Assembly: GCA_009693055.1 (NCBI GenBank)
Contig: SHYA01000008.1
Span: 8,965-40,964, forward strand
From: Dehalococcoidia bacterium
GTDB lineage: Bacteria > Chloroflexota > Dehalococcoidia > Lucifugimonadales > SHYT01
Direction: 5' to 3'
Length of the DNA stretch: 32,000 bases
The notes below the pieces were generated by a model, which did no database searches, was not told where the DNA came from, and worked only from the letters and a program-made list of their open reading frames with translations. The position numbers and the translations under genes were made by a program. Shown piece after piece: positions 1-9,466 of the stretch; positions within the stretch are counted from its first letter, which is position 1, and every line of letters starts with the position of its first letter.

Positions 1-174
1 GGCTGAGCGGGCGCCTGCCGGACGGCTCATGAGGCAGCGCGCTTGTAGCACGGGAGTCGGGCGGGTTGGTGGGGGAACTTTAGCTACGGGGCTTGTGTCT
101 CCGCCTCTTTGCCCGTATACTTTATCCTTGTGCGCCATGCGACTGCGTGGTAATCTGCGAGGAGGGTGGGGTGA

Positions 175-549
175 TTGAATGCACTCGGCCAGCATCTCAT
201 TCTTGAGCTACGGGACTGCAATCCAACGCTACTCAACGACCTCCCGTTCTTGCAGCGGGCGCTCTTGGACGCGGCCAAGCGAACGGGTGCAACGGTCATC
301 GGGGAGACATTCCACCAGTTCTCTCCTTACGGCGTCACGGGCGTCATAGCGATCGCGGAGTCCCACCTCTGCATCCACACGTGGCCCGAGCACGACTACG
401 CCGCCGTGGACATCTTCACGTGCGGCGAGAACTTTGACGGGCGCGCCGCCGCGGATCTCATCACCGAGCGGCTGGAGTCGCGCAACCCTTCCATGATGGT
501 GGTTGAGCGCGGCGTGCTAGCGCGCCGGGCCGCTCAGACCGTCGGGTAG
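175..549 (+). CDS. speH: S-adenosylmethionine decarboxylase proenzyme (pyruvoyl type)
   Basis: 124-aa ORF with a TTG start 9 nt after GGAGG. Contains GVIAIAE-SHLCIHTWPE (Glu62/Ser63 self-cleavage site) and DIFTCG. Spermidine synthase follows after a 9-nt gap. Confidence 0.9.
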   Translation: MNALGQHLILELRDCNPTLLNDLPFLQRALLDAAKRTGATVIGETFHQFSPYGVTGVIAIAESHLCIHTWPEHDYAAVDIFTCGENFDGRAAADLITERLESRNPSMMVVERGVLARRAAQTVG

Positions 550-558
550 CGCGCCGTC

Positions 559-1476
559 GTGGTCCAGAGCGCCGGCAAGTGGTACACCGAGTTCTTGACG
601 CCGCACCTGTGCGTCTCGTCGCGTATTCAACGCGTCTTGCTCAGCGCCAAGACCCCGTACCAGACGGCGGAGTTGTTGGAGACCGGCAGCTATGGGCTCA
701 CGCTCCTGCTGGACGGCAAGACGCAGTCCACGGCGGTGGACGAGCACGTCTACCACGAGGCCCTTGTCCACCCTGCGATGCTGCTGCACCCGTCGCCGCG
801 CTCGGTGTTCATCGGCGGCGGCGGCGAGGGCGCGACGGCGCGCGAGGTGCTGCGCCATCGCAGCGTTCAGCAGGCCACGATGGTGGACCTGGACCGCGAG
901 GTCGTAGAGTTGTGCCGCCAGCACCTGCCGGAGCATCACCAGGGCGCGTTTGACGACCCGCGCCTGCGCCTCCAGTTCACCGACGCGAAGCGGTACCTGG
1001 AGGAGACGACCGACCAGTACGACGTTGTGGTGCTGGACCTGGTTGACCCCATGGAGGGCGGGCCGGCGTACACTCTCTACACGCAGGAGTTCTACCGCTC
1101 CGTCCGCGCGCGGCTCACCCCCAACGGCGTGATGGTGACACAGGCAGGCCCGGCGAGCATCATCAACTGCCGCGAGGTTCACACCGCGATCCACAAGACG
1201 CTCAAGACGGTGTTCCCGTTCGTGGCGTCGTACTGGGTCCAGATGCAGTCGTTCGGCGAGCCGTGGGGGTTCGTCGTCGCGTCACCGCGACAGGACCAGC
1301 GCCCGCTGGCGCCCGTCGAGGTTGACCGCCGCATCGGGGAGCGCAGGCTGATCGGCCTGCGTTCGTACGACGGCGAGGCGCACCAGGGGATGTTCTCGCT
1401 GCCGCGCTACCTCCGCGACGCCATCGCCACCGAGGAGCGCATCATCACCATGGACAAGCCGCTGTTCGTGTTCTAG
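559..1476 (+). CDS. speE: spermidine synthase / polyamine aminopropyltransferase
   Basis: 305-aa ORF (GTG start) with LLLDGKTQSTAVDEHVYHEALVHP, GGGGEGATAREVLRH and LDLVDP, all typical of SpeE. Confidence 0.9.
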   Translation: MVQSAGKWYTEFLTPHLCVSSRIQRVLLSAKTPYQTAELLETGSYGLTLLLDGKTQSTAVDEHVYHEALVHPAMLLHPSPRSVFIGGGGEGATAREVLRHRSVQQATMVDLDREVVELCRQHLPEHHQGAFDDPRLRLQFTDAKRYLEETTDQYDVVVLDLVDPMEGGPAYTLYTQEFYRSVRARLTPNGVMVTQAGPASIINCREVHTAIHKTLKTVFPFVASYWVQMQSFGEPWGFVVASPRQDQRPLAPVEVDRRIGERRLIGLRSYDGEAHQGMFSLPRYLRDAIATEERIITMDKPLFVF

Positions 1477-1843
1477 GCGGGGCTCGGCCTCTCCGTTTTC
1501 CAAGTCCTTTGCCTGTGAGCGTTTGTCTTTTGAACACGTCTTGTGTTGGCGTTGGTTGTCTGCGTGGCCCGATTTGTCTCGCTTCGCTGTGTTTTGTTCG
1601 TTGCATACCGATTTCTCCGGAGGCCACGCGGTAGATTGGCTCCGCGCGCCGATTTTTTTCTTTGCTCTTCTTCTCCCTCCCAACCGGGGCTGCCTTCTCA
1701 GAGAATCCTTGCCTCTGGTCCGACGCTCCGCGTCTGAGGAGTGACGTTCCGGGCTCACTGCAAGGGTAGCTGGTTGCGCAGGACATGGGCAAGGTGCGTT
1801 TGTCAGTGGGGGGGGGGGCGCCGGCCCGATCTGTGATTACGGC

Positions 1844-1871
1844 TTGGTAATGGGCGTCAGGGCGCTATAAT
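1844..1871 (+). promoter_or_regulatory. sigma70-like promoter candidate for polA (TTGGTA-16 nt-TATAAT)
   Basis: TTGGTA at 1844-1849 and TATAAT at 1866-1871, 28 nt upstream of the polA ATG. Confidence 0.4.
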
Positions 1872-1899
1872 ACCCGCAGACCCGTGGGGCAGGTGACGC

Positions 1900-4713
1900 A
1901 TGACGCAACAGCAAGGCGCGTTTACGCTTGAGTCCAGGCCGCTGCTCATGCTGCTGGATGGGCACGCGCTGGTGCACCGGGCGTGGCACGCCATCCAGAA
2001 CCCGCTCACCGTGCGCCGCACGGGCGAGGACGTGCGCGGCGTCTACGGCGTCGCGCAGATGTTCCTCAAGGTGGTGCAGGACTACCGGCCCGCGAACATC
2101 GCCATCACGTTTGACACGCCCGCGCCCACGTTCCGGGACGAGATCTTCGCGGCGTACAAGGCGCAGCGTCCGGCCACGCCGCCGGAGTTGCGGAGCCAAT
2201 TCCCGCTCGTCCGGCGGCTCATGGAGGCGTTCCGCGTGCCGATCTACGAGCTGGACGGGTACGAGGCGGACGACCTTCTGGGCACGCTGAGCGTCCAGGC
2301 CGCGGAGCAGGGTCTGGACGCGCTCATCGTCACGGGCGACACGGACACGCTGCAGCTCGTCGCGCCGCACGTCAGCGTCCTGCTCCAGTTCAGCATCCAG
2401 AAGCGCACCGTGTACGACGACCTGGAGGTGCGCAAGAAGTACGGCGGCCTCGGCCCCGGCCAGCTCATTGAGCTGAAAGCGCTGCGCGGCGACCCGTCGG
2501 ACAACATCCCCGGCGTGCCGGGTGTCGGCGAGAAGACGGCGGTGAAGCTCCTGAGCGACCACGGCGACATTGCGGGCGTCTACGCCAACTTGGACAAGCT
2601 CACGCCCAAGCTGCGCGAGGCGCTGGAGCAGTACCGGGGTCAGGTGGAGCAAGGCGTCAAGCTCGTCACCATCGACCGCCACGCGCCCGTGCGCCTGGAC
2701 GTTGAGGCGAGCAAGTGGGGCCAGTACGACCGGCGAGAGGTCATTGACTTCCTGCGGGAGTTCGAGTTTTTCAGCGTGGTGGGCCGCATTCCGGAGGGCA
2801 AGAGGGCCAGCGTCCAAGATGCGAATGCCGCGCCATCGGCTCCAGAGGCGAAGGCTTCCAACGGCGCGGCGCGTGTTGACTACCGGACGGTGGCGAACAC
2901 CGAGGAACTGGAGGCGATGGTTTCCGAGCTGGCGACCGCGGCGGGCTTCGCGTTTGACACGGAGACGACGAACCAGGACGCGATGCGCGCCCGGTTGGTC
3001 GGCCTGTCGTTCAGTACAGCGCATGGGCGGGCCTGGTACGTGCCTGTGGGCCACGGCCAGGGCGAGCAGTTGCCAAAACGACAGGTGTTGGACGCGCTGC
3101 GCCCGGTGCTGGAGGACGCGGGCAAGCCCAAGGCCGCGCACAACGCCAACTACGACATGACGGTGCTTGCCAACGAGGGAGTCCAGGTGGGCGGCGTGGA
3201 CTGCGACACGATGCTGCTTGCCTTCATGCTTGGCCACAAGGCGGTGGGCCTCAAGCCGCTTGCGCTGGCGCTGCTGGGCGAGGAGATGACGTCGATTAGC
3301 GCGCTCATCGGCAGCGGGCGCAACGAGAAGACGATGGACCAGGTTCCCATCGCGGACGCCGCGCCGTACGCCAGCGCGGACGCCGACATGACGCTGCGCC
3401 TGCGCGAGGCGCTGGAGCCTCGTCTCAAGCCGCAGAAGGCGTGGTGGCTCTTCCAGAACGTGGAGGCGCCGCTGCTGCCCATCGTGGTCCAGATGGAGCG
3501 GGACGGCATCGCGTTGGACGTCTCCATGCTGGAGGCGATGGGGCAGGAGCTGGGCGACGAGATTGCGCGCTCGGAGCGCACCGTCTACGAGACGATAGGA
3601 CGCCCGTTCAACATGGGGTCGCCGAAGCAGCTCGGCGAGGTGCTATTTGACGAGCTGCGGCTGCCCAAGACCAAGCGCACGGCCTCCGGCGGCTACACGA
3701 CGGACGCGGCGGCGCTGGATTGGCTGCGGCAGACGCTGGCAGAGGGCAAGTCGGATGCCGACCCGCGGGCGCTGGCCGTTCTGGGCACCGTGCTCCGGTG
3801 GCGCGAGCTGACGAAGCTGAAGTCCACGTACGTGGACGCGCTGCCCACGATGGTCAACCCGGCCACGAAGCGGGTCCACACGTCGTACAACTTGGCCGGC
3901 GCGGTGACGGGCCGCATCTCGTCCAGCGACCCGAACTTGCAGAACATCCCGATACGCACCGAGCTTGGGCGGCGCATCCGGCGCGCGTTCGTCCCCGGCG
4001 AGCCGGGGTGGCGGCTCGTGGCGGCGGACTACTCGCAGATTGAGCTGCGCGTGCTGGCGCACCTCTCGCAGGACCCGACGCTGCTGGAGGCGTTCCACCA
4101 GGGGCAGGACATTCACGCGGCCACGGCGTCGCGGGTGTTCGGCGTGCCGCTCAAGGAGGTCACGCCGGACCAGCGGCGTCTCGCCAAGGTGCTGAACTTC
4201 GGCGTGATCTACGGCCTCTCGGCGTTCGGCGTCTCGCAGCAGACGGAGCTATCGCCGGACCAGGGCGCGGAGTTCATCACGAGCTACTTCGCGCGGTACC
4301 CGGGCGTGAAGACGTACCTGGACGCCACGCGGCGCAAGGCCCGCGAGGAAGGCTTCGTAGAGACGCTGCTTGGCCGGAGGCGCTTCACTCCGGAGGCCTC
4401 CACGGGAAACTTCGTGGCGCGCCAGGCGGCGGAGCGCGAGGCGATCAACATGCCGGTGCAGGGCACCGCCGCCGAGATCATGAAGCTGGCGATGATCCGC
4501 GTGGCCGAGCGGCTGCGGGAGTCGGGCCTGCGCGCGCGGATGCTGCTCCAGGTGCACGACGAGCTGATCTTTGAGTCGCCCTCCGACGAAGTGGAGCGGC
4601 TGCGGGCGCTGCTCCGAGACGTGATGCCGCTGGCGATGGACGGCGTGGTGGAGTTCACGGTGCCGCTGGACGTGGCGGTGAAGTCGGGGGCGAACTGGGG
4701 GGAGCTGGGGTAG
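1900..4713 (+). CDS. polA: DNA polymerase I (5'-3' exonuclease, 3'-5' exonuclease and polymerase domains)
   Basis: 937-aa ORF. Has the N-terminal 5' nuclease region, Exo motifs FDTETT / NANYDMTVL / YASADADMT, and polymerase motifs DYSQIELRVLAH, RRLAKVLNFGVIYG and QVHDELIFE. Confidence 0.97.
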   Translation: MTQQQGAFTLESRPLLMLLDGHALVHRAWHAIQNPLTVRRTGEDVRGVYGVAQMFLKVVQDYRPANIAITFDTPAPTFRDEIFAAYKAQRPATPPELRSQFPLVRRLMEAFRVPIYELDGYEADDLLGTLSVQAAEQGLDALIVTGDTDTLQLVAPHVSVLLQFSIQKRTVYDDLEVRKKYGGLGPGQLIELKALRGDPSDNIPGVPGVGEKTAVKLLSDHGDIAGVYANLDKLTPKLREALEQYRGQVEQGVKLVTIDRHAPVRLDVEASKWGQYDRREVIDFLREFEFFSVVGRIPEGKRASVQDANAAPSAPEAKASNGAARVDYRTVANTEELEAMVSELATAAGFAFDTETTNQDAMRARLVGLSFSTAHGRAWYVPVGHGQGEQLPKRQVLDALRPVLEDAGKPKAAHNANYDMTVLANEGVQVGGVDCDTMLLAFMLGHKAVGLKPLALALLGEEMTSISALIGSGRNEKTMDQVPIADAAPYASADADMTLRLREALEPRLKPQKAWWLFQNVEAPLLPIVVQMERDGIALDVSMLEAMGQELGDEIARSERTVYETIGRPFNMGSPKQLGEVLFDELRLPKTKRTASGGYTTDAAALDWLRQTLAEGKSDADPRALAVLGTVLRWRELTKLKSTYVDALPTMVNPATKRVHTSYNLAGAVTGRISSSDPNLQNIPIRTELGRRIRRAFVPGEPGWRLVAADYSQIELRVLAHLSQDPTLLEAFHQGQDIHAATASRVFGVPLKEVTPDQRRLAKVLNFGVIYGLSAFGVSQQTELSPDQGAEFITSYFARYPGVKTYLDATRRKAREEGFVETLLGRRRFTPEASTGNFVARQAAEREAINMPVQGTAAEIMKLAMIRVAERLRESGLRARMLLQVHDELIFESPSDEVERLRALLRDVMPLAMDGVVEFTVPLDVAVKSGANWGELG

Positions 4714-4737
4714 TAGAGAGACTCATAGACAGAAAAA

Positions 4738-4781
4738 AGTCTCTGGAGAACCCTCTTTGCAAAGAGGGTTCTCCAGAGACT
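4738..4781. terminator. bidirectional terminator / REP-like 44-nt perfect palindrome between convergent polA and mfd
   Basis: AGTCTCTGGAGAACCCTCTTTGCAAAGAGGGTTCTCCAGAGACT. It is preceded by an A6 run, which gives a U-tract for the minus-strand (mfd) transcript. Confidence 0.7.
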
Positions 4782-4814
4782 TCCCAGAAACTTTTCAGAG
4801 TGTGCGAGTTTTTC

Positions 4815-7800
4815 TCACTTAGCCCCCACACCTGCTATCGCCAGCATCCGTTCCTCAAACGCCAGCAGGCGCTCCAGTACCCACACCAGTACGTCGCGCC
4901 AGCGGCCGCGAAGCTCCAGCCTGATTTGCGTGGAGCCTACCTGGGCGACGCTGCGCAGTTCGCTCTGAAGGGCGCCGCGCGCACCGCCGACCTCGCCCTT
5001 CAACGTGAGCACGGCGTGGTTGTCGCGGTGCGCCACGGAGACCACGCCGGCCATGGCGGCCAGCGTCTTGACGCGCACGGTGTAGAGCAGGTCTTCCACC
5101 GGCTGGGGCAGCGCGCCGAAGCGGTCGCGCAGCTCGTCTTCCAGGGGCGCGAGCTCTTCCGGCGACTTGGCGCGGGCGAGGCGCTGGTAGACGGCGAGGC
5201 GCTGCGGCAGGTCGGGGATGTACGCCTCGGGGACGAAGGCCTTGACCGGAAGGTCAATGGTGATGTCCGACGGCGGCAGCGCAAAGGGGCTTGCTGCTTC
5301 CGGCGGCGGCGCGGCGCCTGTGGCGGCCTTGAGTTCCTTGACGGCCTCTTCAAGCAGGCGCACGTACAGGTCAAAGCCCACGGCCTGGATGTGGCCGCTT
5401 TGCTCCGCGCCCAGGATGTTGCCCGCGCCGCGAATCTCCAGGTCGCGCATGGCGATGCGGAAGCCGGAACCGAGCTCCTGGTGCGCGAGGATGGCTCGAA
5501 GCCGCTTCTGCGCCTCGTCGGTGAGGCGGCGGCCCGGCGTGAGGAGGAAGTACGCGAAGGCCTGGTGCGCGCCTCGGCCCACGCGGCCTCGGAGCTGGTA
5601 CATCTGCGCCAGGCCGAGCAGCTCCGGGCGGTGGACAAGCAGGGTGTTGGCGTTGGGGATGTCCAGGCCCGCCTCAATGATGGTGGTGCAGACCAGCACG
5701 TCGGCCTTGCCGGTTGTGAACGCCTCCATCGCCGCGGACAGCTCTTCCTCGTTCATCTGGCCGTGGCCGACGACGACGCGGGCGGCGGGCACCAGGACCT
5801 GGATGCGGCTGGCCCACTCGTAGATGTCCTTGACGCGGTTGTGGACGAAGAACACCTGGCCGCCTCGGTCAAGCTCGCGGACGATGGCCTCGCTCACGAG
5901 CTGGTCGCTGTAGTTGGAGACGAAGGTGCGCACGGGCACGCGCGACTCGGGAGGCGTCTCAATAGTGCTCATGTCGCGGACGCCCGCGAGGGCCATGTAC
6001 AGGGTGCGCGGGATGGGCGTGGCGCTGAGCGTGAGCATGTCGGCCTCGCGGCGGAGGCGCTTCAGGTGCTCCTTGTGCTCCACGCCGAAGCGCTGCTCGT
6101 CGTCCACGATGGCGAGGCCGAGGCTCTTGAACGCCACGTCCTTCTGGAGTATGCGGTGCGTGCCGATGAGGATGTCCACCTGGCCTTCCTGAAGGCGGCG
6201 GATGGTGTCGGCCTGCTCCTCCTTGGTGCGGAAGCGGTGCAGGACGTCAACCTTGATCGGGTAGGGCGCGAGGCGCTGGGCGAAGGTGGCGTAGTGCTGC
6301 TGGGCGAGCACCGTGGTGGGGCAGAGCAGGGCAACCTGGTATCCCTCCTGGGCGGCCTTGAAGGCGGCGCGCAGGGCGACCTCGGTCTTGCCAAAGCCGA
6401 CGTCGCCGCAGACGAGGCGGTCCATGGGGCGCGTCTTCTCCAGGTCGGCCTTGACCTCGTCGATGGCGGTGGCTTGGTCGGGCGTCTCCACGTAGGGGAA
6501 GGCGTCCTCAAGCTGGCGCTGCCACGGCGAGTCCGGGCTGTAGGCGGGCCGTTCCACGACCTCGCGGGCCGCGTACAGCTCCAGCAGCTCCTTCGCCATC
6601 TCGGCGGCTGCGCCTTTGGCCCGCTCCTTGGCGCGCGTCCACTCCTGGGTGCCGAGGCGGGTGAGGCTCGGCGCGGCGTCGCCCGGGCCGACGTACGGGC
6701 TGAGCCGGTCCAGCGCGTCGGTGGGAACGAAGAGCTTGTCGTGCTCGGCGTACTCCAGGATGAGGTATTCGCGCTCGCCTTGCTCGCCGGGGACGCGGCG
6801 GGTGCCGGTGAACCGCCCGATGCCGTGGTCCACGTGGACGACGTACATGCCGGGGGTCAGCTCGGAGAGAAACGCCTCGCGCCGGATGCCGCGACGCCGG
6901 ATGCCACGCTGGCGCTTGACCTGGCCCAGCACCGCGGCGTCGGTCAGCAGCACGAGGTCGCCGGTCGGGAGCGGCAGGACGAAGCCCTGCGAGAGCGCGC
7001 CCGGGACGACGGTGGCGGAGCCGGGCGCGGGAGGCTCTGTGACCTCCTGCGCGAGGGCCGCGCCGACGCCGCGCTCGCTGAGGACCTCCTGGAATCGCTG
7101 GGCGTGGTGCGATAGCGTCACCACTCGCTTCCCCTCCGCGGCCTGGCGGCGCACCGAGGCGGCGAAGGCCTCCAGGCGACCCCAGAAGCTGGGGGCGGGC
7201 GAGAAACCAAGCTCGTTGTCCTCGTCTCCTGGGTCGCCGCCCATCCACTCCAGGACGAGCGAGGCGCTTTCCAGGCGACGCCGCGAGTTGTCCCACGAGG
7301 CCCAGGGCGAGGGGAAGCCCTCCGGCAAGTCGCCGCGCTGCCGCTTCACCTCAAACTGCTCGGTCAGTCGCTGCGCCTGGTCCATGCCAGCCTGCTCAAG
7401 GGCCAGCGGCTCGTCCACGACAAGCAGGCCGTCGGCGGGCAGGAAGTCCAGCAGCGTGGCGTCGTTGAAGAACCCGGCGTAGTACACCGCCTCGTCCAGC
7501 AGGCCGCCCTCAAGGAGCGTGGCTACCTCCGACTGCACCTGCTCAAGCACCTCATCCTTGCAGCCCTGCGCGCCGAGCTTGGCGAGCAAGGCGCGCGCGC
7601 GGCTCGTGTCGGACAGGGCGGTGAGCACCTCACGCGCGGGGATAACCGAGACGGACTCGCGTTCTTCCACGGAGCGCTGCGAAGCGGGGTCAAAGAGCCG
7701 GATGCTCTCCACGGCGTTGCCGAGGAGCTCAATGCGGGCGGGCATGGGCGAGTCGGGGGAAAAAACGTCGAGGATGCCGCCACGGAGGGAGAACGTGCCG

Positions 7801-8342
7801 GGGACCTCCACGGCGCCCTCGGAGCGGTAGCCCATCGCCGCCCAGCGGGTGAGGTGGGGCTGCGTGGCGATCGTCTGGCCCACCGTCACCGTCTCCACCG
7901 CGTCGGTGAAGGACGCCGGGCGCAGCGTGAGCTGTGACGCCGCGGCGAGCGATGCGACGACGACCGTGGGCGCGCGAGCGTGGTCCGCGGGCCGGGCGAG
8001 GGCCGCCAGCGCCAGCAGGCGGGCATGGGCGGTGCCTTCGTCAACGGCGAGGCGCTCGTAGGGGAGGGCGTCGTACTCGGGGCAGAGGAGCACGCGGACG
8101 GAGGCCTCGGGACCGTCGCCGAGGAAGGTTTGAAGCTCCTCGGCCAGGCGCTGGGCGTCCTCTGGCTTGGCGGTCAGCACGAGCGCCGGCTTCCGCAGCG
8201 AGGACGCGATGCCCCCCAGCAAGAACGCGCGGGCGTAGTCGGGCACGCGGCACCGCTGCTGGCCTGGTGTCGCAAGCGCGGCCAGCAGCTCACGGTACCG
8301 CGGGAGTCCGTTCAGAAGCGGGAGCAGTCCTTGCAGGGCCAT
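4815..8342 (-). CDS. mfd: transcription-repair coupling factor
   Basis: The ORF extends to 8516, but the conserved N-terminus starts at the ATG at 8342 ([12 protein letters not shown]...), giving 1175 aa. Contains the UvrB-homology region, [16 protein letters not shown] (Walker A), DEEQRFGV and a TRG-like C-terminal region. Confidence 0.95.
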   Translation of the reverse strand: MALQGLLPLLNGLPRYRELLAALATPGQQRCRVPDYARAFLLGGIASSLRKPALVLTAKPEDAQRLAEELQTFLGDGPEASVRVLLCPEYDALPYERLAVDEGTAHARLLALAALARPADHARAPTVVVASLAAASQLTLRPASFTDAVETVTVGQTIATQPHLTRWAAMGYRSEGAVEVPGTFSLRGGILDVFSPDSPMPARIELLGNAVESIRLFDPASQRSVEERESVSVIPAREVLTALSDTSRARALLAKLGAQGCKDEVLEQVQSEVATLLEGGLLDEAVYYAGFFNDATLLDFLPADGLLVVDEPLALEQAGMDQAQRLTEQFEVKRQRGDLPEGFPSPWASWDNSRRRLESASLVLEWMGGDPGDEDNELGFSPAPSFWGRLEAFAASVRRQAAEGKRVVTLSHHAQRFQEVLSERGVGAALAQEVTEPPAPGSATVVPGALSQGFVLPLPTGDLVLLTDAAVLGQVKRQRGIRRRGIRREAFLSELTPGMYVVHVDHGIGRFTGTRRVPGEQGEREYLILEYAEHDKLFVPTDALDRLSPYVGPGDAAPSLTRLGTQEWTRAKERAKGAAAEMAKELLELYAAREVVERPAYSPDSPWQRQLEDAFPYVETPDQATAIDEVKADLEKTRPMDRLVCGDVGFGKTEVALRAAFKAAQEGYQVALLCPTTVLAQQHYATFAQRLAPYPIKVDVLHRFRTKEEQADTIRRLQEGQVDILIGTHRILQKDVAFKSLGLAIVDDEQRFGVEHKEHLKRLRREADMLTLSATPIPRTLYMALAGVRDMSTIETPPESRVPVRTFVSNYSDQLVSEAIVRELDRGGQVFFVHNRVKDIYEWASRIQVLVPAARVVVGHGQMNEEELSAAMEAFTTGKADVLVCTTIIEAGLDIPNANTLLVHRPELLGLAQMYQLRGRVGRGAHQAFAYFLLTPGRRLTDEAQKRLRAILAHQELGSGFRIAMRDLEIRGAGNILGAEQSGHIQAVGFDLYVRLLEEAVKELKAATGAAPPPEAASPFALPPSDITIDLPVKAFVPEAYIPDLPQRLAVYQRLARAKSPEELAPLEDELRDRFGALPQPVEDLLYTVRVKTLAAMAGVVSVAHRDNHAVLTLKGEVGGARGALQSELRSVAQVGSTQIRLELRGRWRDVLVWVLERLLAFEERMLAIAGVGAK

Positions 8343-8443
8343 GCAGACCTCGCGTACGCAAAACGCCCAAAGGCCCGCCTTCCCGAAGGGGCGGGCTGCA
8401 TAACGGTGCCGGCTGCGGGCGCGGCCGCTGCCAGTCAGGAGAG

Positions 8444-8453
8444 ATTGTAGCAC
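8444..8453 (-). promoter_or_regulatory. extended -10 element GTGCTACAAT upstream of mfd
   Basis: The minus strand reads GTGCTACAAT about 100 nt upstream of the mfd ATG. The identical decamer precedes uvrA (28449-28458). Confidence 0.35.
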
Positions 8454-8664
8454 GGTGGGATGGCATTCACCCTTCGGCTTTCTGATTCCTTGCCGGAAGG
8501 GAATGTGCAGGGGCAACTCATGAAGTCACCCCAAAATGTTCCCTGCCAAGAAAGCGATATGTGGTACCGTCGGCGCGCCTTACCTCTCCATGCCCTTCTC
8601 CTGAATGGTGAGGGGGATTGCCGCTTCCCTCGGTAACGAGGCTGGCGAAGGAGAGATGGAGAAC

Positions 8665-8702
8665 GATTTCTGGGATACGTTCATGAACGTATCCCAGAAA
8701 TC
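8665..8702. repeat. 38-nt perfect palindrome centred on TTCATGAA
   Basis: GATTTCTGGGATACGTTCATGAACGTATCCCAGAAATC. Confidence 0.8.
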
Positions 8703-8743
8703 CGGCTGTGCAGCGGATAAGCCGTAGATAAGCGCTCTCCCCG

Positions 8744-8773
8744 CATCCTAAGCTTCTCCCCCGGTGGGAGAAG
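8744..8773 (+). repeat. CATCCTAA-type short dispersed repeat, copy A
   Basis: CATCCTAAGCTTCTCCC followed by the hairpin CTTCTCCC-CCGGT-GGGAGAAG. Confidence 0.7.
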
Positions 8774-8889
8774 AAATTTCGGGACTGCTTCATGAATTGG
8801 CCTTACACATTCTCCAGAGGCTCGGCACGGTGAGCGAGAAGGGGAGTCAAGGCGAGAACTGCAAGACCGTGCTGCTCTCCGCGCCTTCA

Positions 8890-8918
8890 TTGACACTGCG
8901 CGGCCCACAACCTATACT
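8890..8918 (+). promoter_or_regulatory. near-consensus sigma70 promoter of rpmH (TTGACA-17 nt-TATACT)
   Basis: TTGACA at 8890-8895 and TATACT at 8913-8918. The rpmH ATG is only 11 nt after the -10 hexamer. Confidence 0.6.
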
Positions 8919-8928
8919 ATGCGTGCTT

Positions 8929-9066
8929 ATGCCAAAACGTACGTATCAGCCAAACAACAGGCACCGCAACAAGGTGCACGGATTTCGCATGCGCATGCGG
9001 ACCAAAGGGGGGCGTGAGGTGCTGCAGCGCCGCAGAGCGAAGGGCCGTCACCGCCTGACCGTGTAG
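8929..9066 (+). CDS. rpmH: 50S ribosomal protein L34
   Basis: The internal ATG of ORF 8764..9066 gives the 45-aa [45 protein letters not shown]. Confidence 0.95.
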   Translation: MPKRTYQPNNRHRNKVHGFRMRMRTKGGREVLQRRRAKGRHRLTV

Positions 9067-9088
9067 CCCGCGTTGTCTGAATGTTGAC

Positions 9089-9466
9089 TTGAGACGCGGC
9101 GTGGATAACGCCCAGACCGAGAGACTGACCAGGAAAGAAGACTTTACTCGCGTAGTACGACAAGGCCGGGCCTACGGCAACCCCCTCCTTCTACTTCGCG
9201 CTGCGCCCAACGGTATGGGCGTCACGCGCATTGGGTTTGCAGTGGGAAAGCAAGTTGGGCAGGCGGTCACACGCAACCTGGTGCGTCGTCGATTGCGTGA
9301 GGCCATACGGCGGATGCCGATTCTAGAAGGATGGGACGTGGTCATAACCGCGCGGAAACCTTCAGCGATCTGCGATTATCACGTGCTCGCAGCATCGCTC
9401 GTCGCCCTGTCAGGGCGACTGAACCTCCTGAAGCTCACGACGGCAGCGACGGAAGTATCGCAGTGA
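9089..9466 (+). CDS. rnpA: ribonuclease P protein component
   Basis: Basic 125-aa ORF directly after rpmH, with LTRKEDFTRVVRQGR...RIGFAVGKQVGQAVTRNLVRRRLRE. The start is uncertain (TTG 9089 or GTG 9101). Confidence 0.85.
   Translation: MRRGVDNAQTERLTRKEDFTRVVRQGRAYGNPLLLLRAAPNGMGVTRIGFAVGKQVGQAVTRNLVRRRLREAIRRMPILEGWDVVITARKPSAICDYHVLAASLVALSGRLNLLKLTTAATEVSQ

Larger units (their letters stand above)
8526..8788. mobile_element. about 263-bp MITE-like insertion in the TTCATGAA centre of the outer palindrome
   Basis: TCATGAA occurs on both sides. The ends form an imperfect inverted repeat (AGTCACCCCAAAAT... / ...ATTTCGGGACT). The insert itself carries the 38-nt palindrome and a CATCCTAA repeat. 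No transposase is present. Confidence 0.4.
8479..8865. repeat. split copy of the palindromic element that is intact at 17969-18085
   Basis: The left arm 8479-8525 (TTTCTGATTCCT...GTGCAGGGGCAACTCATGAAG) and the right arm 8789-8865 (TTCATGAATTGGCCTTACACAT...GGTGAGCGAGAAGGGGAGTCAAGGCG) both align by eye to the intact copy. Confidence 0.6.

Noticed and set aside
1523-1744. A 73-aa ORF, and overlapping minus-strand ORFs, in the speE-polA spacer.
   Set aside because: Codon usage (TTG, TTT, TGT, T-ending codons) is unlike every confident gene here. There is no SD and no recognisable motif. The region is treated as non-coding.
4800-7115. Very long antisense ORFs: 771 aa opposite mfd, 466 aa at 1837-3237 opposite polA, 690 aa at 25208-27280 opposite uvrA, 470 aa at 20974-22386 opposite the LLM genes and 404 aa at 28711-29925 opposite recF.
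   Set aside because: They are Arg/Ala/Gly/Pro/His-rich low-complexity translations with no recognisable motifs. Each lies opposite a gene with unmistakable family signatures, which is the typical stop-codon-poor antisense frame of GC-rich DNA.
8343-8928. A possible replication origin next to rpmH, since rpmH often flanks dnaA/oriC.
   Set aside because: There is no dnaA or dnaN here. Only two weak GATAAG-containing near-matches to the DnaA box (8714-8731) are present, both inside the MITE-like insert. No AT-rich unwinding element is seen, and the spacer is explained by repeats.
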